This document shows, piece by piece, positions 18,272-28,702 of a stretch of 64,000 nt of DNA (positions are counted from its first letter, which is position 1; each line of letters opens with the position of its first letter). The notes below the pieces were generated by a model. It did not search any database and had not been told where the DNA came from. It saw only the letters and a program-made list of their open reading frames with translations. This DNA comes from Candidatus Multivoradales bacterium (lineage in GTDB: Bacteria > Acidobacteriota > Thermoanaerobaculia > Multivoradales > Multivoraceae), in NCBI GenBank assembly GCA_965223325.1, contig CBDCWI010000002.1, positions 4,000,001-4,064,000 of the forward strand, in the 5' to 3' direction. A program made the translations under genes and the position numbers.

Positions 18272-19738
18272 TCACTCGCCCGCCGTGCCCTCACGAATGG
18301 AGTACAGGTGGCCGCGGGTCCTGATCAAGAGCCGGTCTCCGACCAGAGCCGGTGTTGCGAGAACCATTTCATCGAGCGGGTTTTCGCCCAGCTGCTCGAA
18401 CTCGTCGCCGGTCCCGAATACGAAGGTGGTGCCCTCTTCGTCGATCGCGAAAATGCGGTCGCGGTAGGCCCAGGGTGAGGAGGTGAAGGCACCGGCTGAG
18501 CCTTCGACTCGGGCGCGGTAGAGGCGCTCTCCGGTCGATGCGTCGTAGCGCGCAAAGATGCCGCGGTCGTAGACCACCCATAGCGAGTCGCCCATCGCTA
18601 CTGGGGTGGGGATGTAGGTCCCGGCGACGCGGTTGTAGAAGACGACGTGCTCACTTTTTGTCTTGTTGTCTGCCAAGGTGAGGTCGCCAGAGGCTCCTGG
18701 GCGGATGGCGGCGATTGGGCGATTCTCGTCGCCGTGCACTCCGGAGACGAGGTAGAGCAGACCGTTGTGGGCGAATGGGCTTGGTGCCGGCAGGATGGAG
18801 TGCCCCGACATCCGCCAGAGTTCTCGGCCTTCGAGGTCGTAGCTGACGACTGTGTAGGGGCCCTGAGTGACGAGCTCGGTGCGGTCTTTGGACTTCCACA
18901 GGAAAGGTGTTGTCCAACCGCTGCGGCGGATGGGCTGGCTCGGTGGTGCGAGCTCGCGCTTGGTGCGCCAGAGTTCTTTGCCGTCTCGGACGTTGAAGGC
19001 GGCAACGAATTGCTCCTCCTGGTTGTCGTTGAGGATGAACAGTCTGTCGCCCTCGAGGGCCGGCGAGCCACCGGTGCCGAAGTCGAGGTAGACCGGGTGG
19101 GCTTCGAGCAGGGTCGACCAGTTCTGTTTCCCGTCGAAGGTGTAGGACCACAGGCCGAGGTTGCCGACGTAGATGTAGACGTTCTCGCCGTCGCTGATAG
19201 GTGTTTCCGAGGTGTAGGAGTTCTTGCGGTGCCGCCCGCCGGGTGGCGGTCCGGCGTGGAACCTCTGGCGCCAGAGTTCTTTGCCGCTCTCGAGGTCATA
19301 GGAGAGCAGCCAATACTCGAGCTCGATCTCGTCGGGCATCTCCATGTCGCGCTCTTCGAGCTTGGCGATCGCCTCTTCCTGGCTCAGTCCGTCCTTCATG
19401 AGCTCGGCCAGGTAGTCGTTGCTGTACTCGGTGCCAATCTCCGGCGGCTTCATCGCTGTCTTGCTGGTTGCGGTGGTCAAGAAGACATGGCCCCGGACGA
19501 CGATCGGTGAAGACCACCCCATGCCGGGCACTTCCGTTTTCCACTCGACGTTCTCGGTCGTCGACCAGGTGAGCGGTAGATCCTTATTCGCCGAAACGCG
19601 GTTGGCGTTCTGGCCACGGAAGCCCGGCCAGTCGGTGGTGTCGTCTTCGGCTGGCGCTGCGAGCAGAGTCGCGGGGGCAAGAAGCAGACACAGTGAGGCG
19701 ACCAGGAGGGGCGCTCCGAGCTTGCGTAGGGTGAGCAT
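18272..19738 (-). CDS. PQQ-like beta-propeller repeat protein
   Basis: Signal peptide, DWPGFRG, WSSPIV, repeated G-x-x-L-W blades, SSPW, ATPA. Confidence 0.85.
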   Translation of the reverse strand: MLTLRKLGAPLLVASLCLLLAPATLLAAPAEDDTTDWPGFRGQNANRVSANKDLPLTWSTTENVEWKTEVPGMGWSSPIVVRGHVFLTTATSKTAMKPPEIGTEYSNDYLAELMKDGLSQEEAIAKLEERDMEMPDEIELEYWLLSYDLESGKELWRQRFHAGPPPGGRHRKNSYTSETPISDGENVYIYVGNLGLWSYTFDGKQNWSTLLEAHPVYLDFGTGGSPALEGDRLFILNDNQEEQFVAAFNVRDGKELWRTKRELAPPSQPIRRSGWTTPFLWKSKDRTELVTQGPYTVVSYDLEGRELWRMSGHSILPAPSPFAHNGLLYLVSGVHGDENRPIAAIRPGASGDLTLADNKTKSEHVVFYNRVAGTYIPTPVAMGDSLWVVYDRGIFARYDASTGERLYRARVEGSAGAFTSSPWAYRDRIFAIDEEGTTFVFGTGDEFEQLGENPLDEMVLATPALVGDRLLIRTRGHLYSIREGTAGE

Positions 19739-19788
19739 TCACACAGGTTATCGGCTCGCGATAGAGCCGGCCGCATAAACTCCGAATC

Positions 19789-21477
19789 GTGAAGATGTTT
19801 GCGGGCGAGATCGCCTCGATTCTTGCTACCAAGGGCCAGCGGCCCCGTATCGGTGTTCTGGTGCGGTTCGTGATCACCCTCCTGGTGATGGTGAGCGTCT
19901 ATGCCGTTGTCTTCCGCTTCCTGATGGCGCGCGAGGGTCAGGATCAGACCTGGGTGACTTCGTTCTATTGGGTGCTGACCGTGATGTCGACGCTTGGCTT
20001 TGGCGACATTACGTTTCATACCGACGCCGGCCGGCTGTTCTCGATGCTGGTGTTGGCGAGCGGCATGCTTTTTCTGCTCGTGTTGCTGCCGTTTCTCTTC
20101 ATCGAGTTCTTCTACCAACCTTGGCTGGCGTCGCAGAGTGCGTCGCGAACGCCGCGGGTGCTCAAACCGGGGACTCGGGGTCACGTCATCATCACCCACT
20201 TCGATGCGGTGACCGCGGCGCTCATCGAACGGCTCGACCGCTACCACCAGCGCTATGCACTTCTGGTGGCTGATGCCGAGGAGGCGCTGCGCCTGTATGA
20301 CCATGGCTACAAGGTTGTCGTGGGGGAGTTCGACAACCCCGAGACCTACCGCGACCTTCGAGTGGATGGCGCGGCTTTGGTAGTCGCGACGGGAACCGAT
20401 CCTGAGAACACTCTGGTTGCGTCGACGGTTCTTGGTGTCGCCGAGGCGACGCGGGTGGTCGCGACTGCGGACGACGCGGCTTCGATCGACATCTTGACGC
20501 TCGCCGGTTGCCGGGACGTGATTCACCTGCCGAGTCTCATGGCGTCGTCGTTGGCGCGACGGGTCGGTGGCGATCGCTGTACGCACACCATCGGCGCCTT
20601 CGGTGAGCTGCACATCGCAGAGGTCAATGTCGACGGCACCGAGCTGGTCGGTAGAACGATCCGCGAGAGCGGCGTGCGCCAGAAGACCGGTCTCGGCATC
20701 GTCGGCGTTTGGGATCGGGGTGCCTTCGAACCCGCGATGCCTGATGTGGTCATCACGGAGGGGTCGGTGCTGCTGCTTGCCGGAACCGCACAACAGCTCG
20801 CCAGCTACGACGAGGTGTTCGGCCACCGTGACGAGCCCGACGGGTTGGTCCTGGTGATCGGCGGCGGGCGGGTCGGGCGGCTGACTTCGCGCGTGCTCAC
20901 CGGGCGCCGCATCGCGCACCGGGTGGTCGAGCGCGATGCGACGCGCCCCGGACAAACCGAGCACTGGGTGATCGGCAACGCGGCCGAGCTCAGCGTTCTG
21001 AGAGAGGCAGGCATCGACGAGGCCTCGACGGTGATCATTACCACCCACGATGACGACATGAACGTCTATCTGACGCTCTACTGTCGCAAGCTACGGGAGT
21101 CGGCGAAGATCCTGAGCCGCGCGACGGACCAGCGCAATGTCGCTTCGATTCATCGTGCGGGGGCCGACTTCGTGCTTTCTTACGCTTCAATGGGTGCGGG
21201 TGCGCTGTTCAACTCGCTCGATCTTGGGTCGGTGATGGATGTCGCCGAAGGCCTGGTGTTGTTTAGGAGAAGGGTGCCTGATGGGATTCACGGCAAGCTT
21301 CTCCGCGACAGTGCCATCCGCCAGCGAGTCGGCGCGACGGTGGTTGCCCTCGAGCACTCCGACGGCAGGCGAGAGATCAGTCCACCCGCTGAAACTCTCC
21401 TCAAGCGCTCACAGCGCCTCATTCTGGTGGGCAGTCCCGAGAACGAGCAGCGCTTCGTCGACGAGTTCTCCGCCTAG
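19789..21477 (+). CDS. Potassium channel protein with TrkA-N/TrkA-C (RCK) domains
   Basis: TVMSTLGFGDI pore signature, two TM helices, two RCK repeats (IGGGRVG). Confidence 0.9.
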   Translation: MKMFAGEIASILATKGQRPRIGVLVRFVITLLVMVSVYAVVFRFLMAREGQDQTWVTSFYWVLTVMSTLGFGDITFHTDAGRLFSMLVLASGMLFLLVLLPFLFIEFFYQPWLASQSASRTPRVLKPGTRGHVIITHFDAVTAALIERLDRYHQRYALLVADAEEALRLYDHGYKVVVGEFDNPETYRDLRVDGAALVVATGTDPENTLVASTVLGVAEATRVVATADDAASIDILTLAGCRDVIHLPSLMASSLARRVGGDRCTHTIGAFGELHIAEVNVDGTELVGRTIRESGVRQKTGLGIVGVWDRGAFEPAMPDVVITEGSVLLLAGTAQQLASYDEVFGHRDEPDGLVLVIGGGRVGRLTSRVLTGRRIAHRVVERDATRPGQTEHWVIGNAAELSVLREAGIDEASTVIITTHDDDMNVYLTLYCRKLRESAKILSRATDQRNVASIHRAGADFVLSYASMGAGALFNSLDLGSVMDVAEGLVLFRRRVPDGIHGKLLRDSAIRQRVGATVVALEHSDGRREISPPAETLLKRSQRLILVGSPENEQRFVDEFSA

Positions 21478-21526
21478 GCCCGCCTGGAGAAGGGCTCCGA
21501 GATCTGCTCGCGGCCTGCGTTGGGGA

Positions 21527-21555
21527 TTGACTTCCGACCGGTCGGAACTTAGGAT
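21527..21555 (+). promoter_or_regulatory. Sigma70 promoter with embedded TetR operator
   Basis: TTGACT (21527-21532), 17 nt, TAGGAT (21550-21555). A perfect 16-bp palindrome TTCCGACCGGTCGGAA lies at 21532-21547. Confidence 0.85.
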
Positions 21556-21607
21556 TCCTTGGCTCTGGACTGGCCGATTCTGGCCGGTCTTCGGTCCCCC
21601 TCCCTCC

Positions 21608-22243
21608 ATGTCGCAAGTCCAACCCAGTTCCTCCGATCCGACCCCGCGTGAGCGTTTGCATGCCGAGGCGTTGGCCCTGTTTGCCGAGCGTGGCTACGCC
21701 GGCGCTTCGATGGCGGAGCTGGCGCGTCGCCTGGCGATTCGCAAGCCGAGTCTCTACAACTACATCGACTCCAAGGAAGACCTGCTCGCCGAGCTGGTGG
21801 AGTCGTCGCTCGAGCGCTGGGAAGAGCGGGCAATCTCGGCGCTCGAAGGCGAGGGCGATCCGGAGACGTTGCTGCGGCTTCACTTCGAGGCGATTCTGCG
21901 CTTCGCAGCGTCGAATCGCTCGGCCGTGGCGTTGATCGAACTGGCCGATCGCCACCTCGACGCGCCAGTGGCCGAGCGCGTGCGGCGGCTTCTCTCGGAG
22001 CATCGCGGGCACTACCAGGAGCGCATGCGGCTGTTCTTCGCGGACGCGCAGCAGGCAGGTGTGGTCGACGGGGATCCTGAAGCGCTCCTCGCCTTCTGGT
22101 TCGTGGTGCTCGAGGGTTCTTTGATGACGGAGCTGCGGAGCCTTCCGGACGACCCGGCGCACGAGGTGGCAACGAAACCGCCGCAGGATGTCCCCTGGCG
22201 GTTCGTCTGGCGAGCCCTTTCTGGTCGGGAGCCGGCGTCATGA
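21608..22243 (+). CDS. TetR/AcrR family transcriptional regulator
   Basis: Start ATG 21608. ALALFAERGYAGASMAELARRLAIRKPSLYNYIDSKEDLL HTH. Confidence 0.93.
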   Translation: MSQVQPSSSDPTPRERLHAEALALFAERGYAGASMAELARRLAIRKPSLYNYIDSKEDLLAELVESSLERWEERAISALEGEGDPETLLRLHFEAILRFAASNRSAVALIELADRHLDAPVAERVRRLLSEHRGHYQERMRLFFADAQQAGVVDGDPEALLAFWFVVLEGSLMTELRSLPDDPAHEVATKPPQDVPWRFVWRALSGREPAS

Positions 22244-23655
22244 GGTTTTGCCTTCGACCATCGACTCCTCTCGTCTGGGTGCTCCTGTTCGCTTGCCTGC
22301 TTCTTGCTGTCGGCCGACTCGGGGCGGACGAGACCGTCGAGCGCATCGACCTCGAGCGCGCTGTTGCCCTGGCACTCGAGCGAAACGCCGGACTCCAAAC
22401 CGCGGTTGAACGGCGCAATGAAGTGGTTGCTGGGATGCGCGACGCGAAGTCACAGGCCTGGCCGCAGTTCAACCTGGTTTCAGGATGGACGCGCTCGCAG
22501 AACCCGTCGCTGCTCAACAGTCCAGACTTCAGCGAGTTTCTCGAGAACTTTCCTGGCGGGGAGTTCTCGCCGCGCGAGCAGGAGTTGTGGAACATCTCGC
22601 TCGAAGTGCGGCAACTGATCTACAACTTCGGCAAGCTGCAGTCGGGCCTGGAGCTGGCGCGCGTTGTGGTCGAGTTCACCGAAGCCCAGATCGATGCGGC
22701 TCGCCTCGAGACGGCGCGCCAGGCAGCGATTGCCTACTACCGCGCGCTCCAGGCCGCGGAGTCGGCGACGGTGATCGAGATTCAGGAGCGCACCCGCCTG
22801 GAAGCGCTCGAGCTCGTCGAGGCGCGCTATGACCTGCGGGAAGCTACGGAGCTCGAGCGCCTGCGCGCGGAGGCTTCGTTGGCCGAAGTGCGCCCGACGG
22901 TGGCCAGACTGCGCGGCAATATCGACGTCAGTGAGAGTGCGCTGCGCTACGTCCTGGGCCTGGAGGCGGCAACGCCGCTCGAACTCGTGGATCTCCGAGA
23001 TCCCACACCGCGGGACCTACCAGAGCTCGAAGAGCTGCTCGAGATCGCGCTGTCGAATCGGCCCGAGGTGCGCGACTTGAACCGCCAGTCCTATGCGCTC
23101 GATCTTCAAAAAGAAGTCGTCGCCGCCGACGCACGGCCTGAGATCAACCTCTACGGGCGTTATGGACGGCAGGCGCGGTTGATCGACGACCTCGAAGACC
23201 CCCTATTCGCTGACTGGTTGGTGAACCTCGGTCTGTCCTGGAGCCTGTTCGATGGCGGTGCCCGCAAAGCGCAAATCGGCGCGCTCGACAGTCAATCGCG
23301 TCAGATCGATTGGCAGCTACGCGATCTCAGGAGTCGTATCGCCCTCGACCTCGAAACCGCGATCGCCGAGTACCAGACCGCCGTCTTTACCTGGCGGGCG
23401 AGCGAGACGGCAGCCTCGGCCGCCGCCGAAGCGGCGCGGGTGGCGGAGCAGTCCTACCGCCAGGGGGTGGCGCTCCAAACCGACTGGCTCGATGCGCAGG
23501 AGCTCGAGACCACCTCGCGGGTGCGGGCGGTGGAGAGTTCCTTCGAGGTTCTGGTGCGCGAGTCGGATCTCCTGGTCGCGCTCGGCCTGTACCCAACAGC
23601 CTCGTGGGATGACCTCGGGAGCAGCCCCTTCCTCAGTCCGGAGACCCCCGAATGA
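22240..23655 (+). CDS. TolC family outer membrane efflux protein
   Basis: Signal peptide, two OEP repeats (QLIYNFG, WSLFDGG); ATGA overlap with tetR. Confidence 0.9.
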   Translation: MRFCLRPSTPLVWVLLFACLLLAVGRLGADETVERIDLERAVALALERNAGLQTAVERRNEVVAGMRDAKSQAWPQFNLVSGWTRSQNPSLLNSPDFSEFLENFPGGEFSPREQELWNISLEVRQLIYNFGKLQSGLELARVVVEFTEAQIDAARLETARQAAIAYYRALQAAESATVIEIQERTRLEALELVEARYDLREATELERLRAEASLAEVRPTVARLRGNIDVSESALRYVLGLEAATPLELVDLRDPTPRDLPELEELLEIALSNRPEVRDLNRQSYALDLQKEVVAADARPEINLYGRYGRQARLIDDLEDPLFADWLVNLGLSWSLFDGGARKAQIGALDSQSRQIDWQLRDLRSRIALDLETAIAEYQTAVFTWRASETAASAAAEAARVAEQSYRQGVALQTDWLDAQELETTSRVRAVESSFEVLVRESDLLVALGLYPTASWDDLGSSPFLSPETPE

Positions 23656-24758
23656 TCGCCCGCCTGCTGACTTTCCTCTTTGTGTTTGCACTCATTTCGG
23701 GAATCGCTGCCTGCGGTGGCGAACCCGAAAGCACGGCAACCGACGACTCGGCGACCGCAATCGAGACTCCACCAACGAGGGTCAAGGTTCGCCAGCCCGA
23801 CCAGGAAGATGCGGTTGTTCTGGTGGAACTGCCGGCCGATCTGAAACCGCGCCGCCGCGCGACCCTGGCGGCAGAAGTCCCGGGCAAAGTCGAGGCGCTC
23901 CACTTCGACGAGTCGAGTGTCGTGGGCGCGGGCAGGGAGCTCGCGCAAATCGACACCCGCGCCCTCGAACAACAGGTTGCCGAAGCACAGGCGATGGCGC
24001 GCCAGAGCAAGATTGCCTTCGATACGGCCGAGAAACTGTTCGAGCAGCGCACGATCACCAACACACAGATGCTCGAAGCGACCACCGCGCGCGATGTCGC
24101 AGAGGCGCGCCTGCGCTCTGCCGAGTTGCAGCTTTCGAAGTCGGTCCTGCGCGCACCCTGGCGGGGAAGAGTGGGCAAGAAGTACGTCGAGGTCGGCGAC
24201 TTCGTCTCACCGGGTCAACCTGTTGCCGAACTCCTCGACACGCGAAGGCTCGAGGTTCATGCGCCTGCTCCGGCATCCTCCGTGCCGACCCTGGCAGCCG
24301 GTCTTTCTGTCGAGCTGCGCATCGACGGCTACGCAGGCCAGACGTTTCCAGCCACGATCACCCGGCTCGGGACAGAGCTCGACGCGGCCACCCGCACACT
24401 CGATGTCATTGCCGACCTCGACAACTCGGCGGGCCACCTGCGACCCGGCATGACCGCTCGCATGGTGGTGCCACGCGAACGGATCGCGGGCGCGTTGCTG
24501 GTACCGCTCGACGCTTTCATCGAAGTGGGTGACGAGACGGTGGTTTATGTGGTCGACACCAGCAGTCGGGTGCCCGTCGCTAGCCAGCGCAAGGTCGAGC
24601 TCGGGCCAGTGATTGGAGAGCGGGTGGTCGTCACATCGGGTCTCGAGCCCACCGACCAGGTGATCGTTGAAGGTCGGTTCCAGGTCGCCGAAGGGCAGCG
24701 CGTCGACCCTGAGATCGAAGCGCCGGAACCTCTAGTGGCGGGAGTTCCCGAGTCGTGA
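23652..24758 (+). CDS. RND efflux periplasmic adaptor (MFP), lipoprotein
   Basis: IAAC lipobox, AEVPGKV, RAPWRGRV..VEVGDFVSPGQ, LRPGM. Confidence 0.92.
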   Translation: MIARLLTFLFVFALISGIAACGGEPESTATDDSATAIETPPTRVKVRQPDQEDAVVLVELPADLKPRRRATLAAEVPGKVEALHFDESSVVGAGRELAQIDTRALEQQVAEAQAMARQSKIAFDTAEKLFEQRTITNTQMLEATTARDVAEARLRSAELQLSKSVLRAPWRGRVGKKYVEVGDFVSPGQPVAELLDTRRLEVHAPAPASSVPTLAAGLSVELRIDGYAGQTFPATITRLGTELDAATRTLDVIADLDNSAGHLRPGMTARMVVPRERIAGALLVPLDAFIEVGDETVVYVVDTSSRVPVASQRKVELGPVIGERVVVTSGLEPTDQVIVEGRFQVAEGQRVDPEIEAPEPLVAGVPES

Positions 24759-27700
24759 CGCTGACTGGCATCTCTCTTCGTCACCGCACGACGGTCTTCT
24801 TCTTGATGACCGGTGTGTTCCTCCTCGGTGTGCTGGCCTATGCCGGTCTGCCACGTGAGAGCAATCCCGACGTCCAGATCCCCTATGTGCTGGTGATCAC
24901 GCCCTATCCGGGCGCTTCGCCGGTCGACGTCGAGCGCCAGGTGACCCAGCGCATCGAACGTGAGATCCAGGGCGTCGATGGTCTCGTGACCCTACGCTCG
25001 ACGTCGCTCGAAGGCGTCTCCTCGATCAACGCTGAGTTCGCCTCTGGCGGTGACGTCGATGCTGCGCTCCAGAAGGTGCGCGACCGCGTCGAGCGGGCGA
25101 AGCCCGACCTGCCGCGCGACGCCGAAGAGCCGATCGTCCAGGAGATCAACTTCTCGAACTTCCCGGTCTTGCAGCTCAACCTGGCTGGAGATGTCGGGCC
25201 GATGGTGCTCAAGCAGATCGCCGACCAGATGGAAGACGAGATCGAGGTCATCCCCGGGGTACTCGGGGTCGATGTGATCGGTGGCGTCGAACGGGAAGTT
25301 CAAGTCGACGTCGATCCCGAGCGATTGCGGCTCTATGGCCTTGCGCTGCGCGACGTGGTGGCGGCGGTTCAAGGCGAGAACGTTTCGGTCCCCGGCGGCT
25401 CGCTCGACCTCGGCGACCAGACGTTCTCGGTGCGGGTGCCCGGCGAGGTGACCGACCCGCTTGCCGTGGGTGATTTTGTGATTCGCGCTCCCGGTGGTTT
25501 GCCGGTTTTTGTGCGCGACGTCGCTCTGGTGCGCTTCGGCTGGAAGGATCGCTCTTCGTACTCGCGCATCAACGGGCGCGAGTCGGTAACGCTCTCGGTT
25601 CAGAAGCGCGCTGGCGCCAACGTCATCGAGACCGTCGGAGCGATCAAAGAGCTCGTCGATGAGCGTCGTCGGAGCTGGCCGGAGAGCGTCGAAGTTGCGG
25701 TGATGAGTGACGAGAGCGCTGAGATCGAGCGCATGATCGGCGACCTCGAGAACAACATTCTCTCGGGCCTGGTTCTCGTCGTGCTGGTCCTCATGTTCTT
25801 TCTCGGCTTACGAAACGCGTTCTTTGTTGGGTTGGCGATCCCGTTCTCGATGCTGGTCACCTTCGTGGTGCTCGATCTCTTCGGCCTGACCCTCAACATG
25901 ACGGTGCTCTTCGGCCTGGTGCTCTCGGTGGGCATGCTGGTTGACAACGCGGTGGTGGTGATCGAGAACATCTACCGCTACATCCAGGAAGGTGAAACGC
26001 CCTACGAGGCAGCCCGCCGGGGCACGCTCGAAGTCGGCGGTGCGGTGACCGTCTCGACGTTGACGACGGTGGGGGCCTTTCTACCGCTCGCCTTCTGGCC
26101 GGGGATCATGGGCCAGTTCATGCGCTACATGCCGATTACGGTTTCGATCGCTCTTTTGTCTTCGCTCCTGGTCGCGTTGACGGTCAACCCGGTTCTCTGC
26201 GCGGCATTCCTGCGTCGTGATGAGCGTCCCGAAGATGAACGCAAGAAGCCGCTCGCCGAACGGCTCGAAGAGCGCTTTCTGGTTCCCTACCGCAGGGTTC
26301 TAGAGCGTGCGCTGGCGCATCGAGCGCGGGTGATTCTTGGGACCTTTGCTCTTTTCGCTCTGGTTCTGGTGTTGTTTGGCTTCTTCAACCACGGGGTGGA
26401 GTTCGTTCCCGAAACCGACCCATCACGTATCTGGATCGATGTGGACGCGCCACCAGGTACGCGCCTGGAGCGCACCGATGAGCGCCTCCAGGAGCTGGCG
26501 TCGCGCCTCGGGGGCCTTCCAGACGTTTCCTTCCTCGCCAGCGCCAGCGGTGCCGGCAGTCAGAACGATGCCTCACGGCCATCGCAGATCGGCGGCAACG
26601 ACGGTGGCGCCGGCGACTCGAACGTCGGGCGCCTTTCGATCGAGCTCGAGCCGCTCGAAGAACGAACACAGAACTCCAATCTAACGATGGACGAAGCGCG
26701 CCGGCAGGTCGAGGGCGCCCCCGGGGTCGAGATCGAGATCAGCCGTAAGACCCAGGGGCCGCCTACCGGTGATGCCGTCGCACTCGAGATCTATGGGCCA
26801 GACTTCGCGACTCTGGGCCAACTCGCCGAGCGTATCCAGCAGAAGGTGGCCGACATCCCCGGCGTATTGGCCTCAGACGATGACTTCGATCTTGCCCGCC
26901 CCGAGTTGCGCATCCAGGTCGACCGCACGCGTGCCGCGCGTCTGGGAATCTCGACCGGAGTTGTCGCCTCGACGATTCGTACCGCGGTCAACGGCACCGA
27001 AGCTTCGACCTTTAGACAGGGCGACGACGACATCGACATCACCGTGCGACTAGCCGAGGCCTTCCGCGACTCGATCGAAGACCTCGAAGGTCTGACCGTC
27101 GCCAGCAATGAGGGGCAGCTCATTCCGTTGGGCGAGATCGCCACCGTCGAACGAAGCGTTGCGTTGCCAGCGATCAACCGCAAGGATCGCCAGCGGGTCG
27201 TGACGTTGACCGCCGAAGTGGCGTCAACTCGCGTTGTCGGGCCGGTGCGTGAAGAAACTCTGCGGCGGATCAACGCAGACCCGGCGTTTCTGCCGCACGG
27301 CTACTCGGTGGGATGGGGTGGCCAGAACGAGATGGAAGAGGAAGCCCGCGGTTTTCTTGGCTGGGCCTTTCTCTACGGGGTGCTTCTGGTCATGGCACTG
27401 ATTCTCGCCAAGTTCGACTCCTTCGCGATGCCCGCGATCATTTCGACATCGGTTTTCATGTCCTTGATCGGTGTCTTCCTCGGTCTACTGGTCACCGGCC
27501 TACCATTCGGCATGATCATGACGTCAGTTGGCGTGATCTCTCTGGCTGGCATCGTCGTCAACAATGCGATCGTGCTGCTCGACTACGGCGAACAACTCGT
27601 CGAACGTGGCTTCTCGCGTTCCGAGATCGTTATGCGCACCGGCATGCGGCGCGCGCGCCCGGTGGTTCTCACGGCGGTGACCACGATTCTCGGCCTCATC

Positions 27701-27961
27701 CCGCTCTCGACGGGCTACGGCTTCGACTTTCGCAACTTTCAGTTCGTCGCCGGCGGCGAGAGCTCACAGTTCTGGAGTGCGATGGGCGCCGCGGTGATCT
27801 TCGGCCTCGGCTTCGCGACTTTCTTGACACTCATCCTGGTGCCTGTCCTCTACGACATTCTGCTCGAGCGTCGCGAACGAAAAGCGGACCGCGAAAAGCC
27901 TCATCTGCCGCGGCGCGTTCCCGATGCGCGGGTGCTGACGGCGATCTGGCCCGGCGAATAG
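24755..27961 (+). CDS. RND efflux permease (AcrB/AcrD/AcrF family)
   Basis: 1068 aa; GMLVDNAVVVIENIYR, GIVVNNAIVLLD, RARPVVLTAVTTILGLIPL. Confidence 0.95.
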   Translation: MTLTGISLRHRTTVFFLMTGVFLLGVLAYAGLPRESNPDVQIPYVLVITPYPGASPVDVERQVTQRIEREIQGVDGLVTLRSTSLEGVSSINAEFASGGDVDAALQKVRDRVERAKPDLPRDAEEPIVQEINFSNFPVLQLNLAGDVGPMVLKQIADQMEDEIEVIPGVLGVDVIGGVEREVQVDVDPERLRLYGLALRDVVAAVQGENVSVPGGSLDLGDQTFSVRVPGEVTDPLAVGDFVIRAPGGLPVFVRDVALVRFGWKDRSSYSRINGRESVTLSVQKRAGANVIETVGAIKELVDERRRSWPESVEVAVMSDESAEIERMIGDLENNILSGLVLVVLVLMFFLGLRNAFFVGLAIPFSMLVTFVVLDLFGLTLNMTVLFGLVLSVGMLVDNAVVVIENIYRYIQEGETPYEAARRGTLEVGGAVTVSTLTTVGAFLPLAFWPGIMGQFMRYMPITVSIALLSSLLVALTVNPVLCAAFLRRDERPEDERKKPLAERLEERFLVPYRRVLERALAHRARVILGTFALFALVLVLFGFFNHGVEFVPETDPSRIWIDVDAPPGTRLERTDERLQELASRLGGLPDVSFLASASGAGSQNDASRPSQIGGNDGGAGDSNVGRLSIELEPLEERTQNSNLTMDEARRQVEGAPGVEIEISRKTQGPPTGDAVALEIYGPDFATLGQLAERIQQKVADIPGVLASDDDFDLARPELRIQVDRTRAARLGISTGVVASTIRTAVNGTEASTFRQGDDDIDITVRLAEAFRDSIEDLEGLTVASNEGQLIPLGEIATVERSVALPAINRKDRQRVVTLTAEVASTRVVGPVREETLRRINADPAFLPHGYSVGWGGQNEMEEEARGFLGWAFLYGVLLVMALILAKFDSFAMPAIISTSVFMSLIGVFLGLLVTGLPFGMIMTSVGVISLAGIVVNNAIVLLDYGEQLVERGFSRSEIVMRTGMRRARPVVLTAVTTILGLIPLSTGYGFDFRNFQFVAGGESSQFWSAMGAAVIFGLGFATFLTLILVPVLYDILLERRERKADREKPHLPRRVPDARVLTAIWPGE

Positions 27962-28037
27962 CAGACCGCGAGCACGGCGCCGGTGAAGTCGAGGGCCAGC
28001 AGGCACCGTATACTGTCTTCTCAGGTCGGAGCCCCGA

Positions 28038-28250
28038 ATGTCCCACCAAATCAAGATCCTCACGAAGCGGTCCCGCGGGCAGAGTCACATAGAAGACAGC
28101 GCCGTCTTGCAAAGAACCATCTACCGGCTGCGGGGTGTGGGCGTAGCTCCACGAGGGGTTCACCGCTTCCCGAGCCACGAGGAAGCGCAGCAGTGGCAGA
28201 TCCGCCAGATGGCGCGTATTCACGCCCGCCAGAAGTCGAAGACCTCGTAG
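28038..28250 (+). CDS. Small basic protein overlapping the nucleotidyltransferase gene (possible antitoxin or partner)
   Basis: GGAG SD, 70 aa with PRGVHRFPSHEEAQQW; TATACT -10-like box at 28009-28014. Confidence 0.6.
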   Translation: MSHQIKILTKRSRGQSHIEDSAVLQRTIYRLRGVGVAPRGVHRFPSHEEAQQWQIRQMARIHARQKSKTS

Positions 28251-28696
28251 AGCTGTGTAGGCGGCTGAACGAAGCGGAAGCGAGCTACCTGCTGATCGGT
28301 GGCTTTGCGGTCATTCTCCATGGCTTCGTCCGTGGTACGAAGGACATCGATCTCCTCGTCGATGCCTCTCCCGAGAATATCGAGAAGGTGAAACGAGCAC
28401 TTGCCTACCTGCCGGACAACGCCGCTTTGGAGGTCACTTCCGAAGATGTCGAGCGCTACGCCGTCGTGAGGGTTGCCGACGAAATCGTTGTCGATCTGAT
28501 GGCAAGAGCTTGCGGGATCGACTTTGAGGAAGCGATCAGGTCTGGCGGGCGCGAGGCCTTCGCGCTTGATGAAGTGGAGATTCCGCTGGCTACGATGGAG
28601 CTCCTCATTCGCACCAAGAACACAGTTCGCCCGTCGGACGCCATGGATGTCGAGTACCTCCGACTCCGACTGGCCGAGGAAACACCTCCAGGCTGA
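28193..28696 (+). CDS. Nucleotidyltransferase (pol-beta superfamily, AbiEii-like motif)
   Basis: Likely GTG start at 28193. YLLIGGFAVILHGFVRGTKDIDLLV and K..RPSD..D C-terminal motif. Confidence 0.8.
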   Translation: MADPPDGAYSRPPEVEDLVELCRRLNEAEASYLLIGGFAVILHGFVRGTKDIDLLVDASPENIEKVKRALAYLPDNAALEVTSEDVERYAVVRVADEIVVDLMARACGIDFEEAIRSGGREAFALDEVEIPLATMELLIRTKNTVRPSDAMDVEYLRLRLAEETPPG

Positions 28697-28702
28697 ATGG
28701 GC

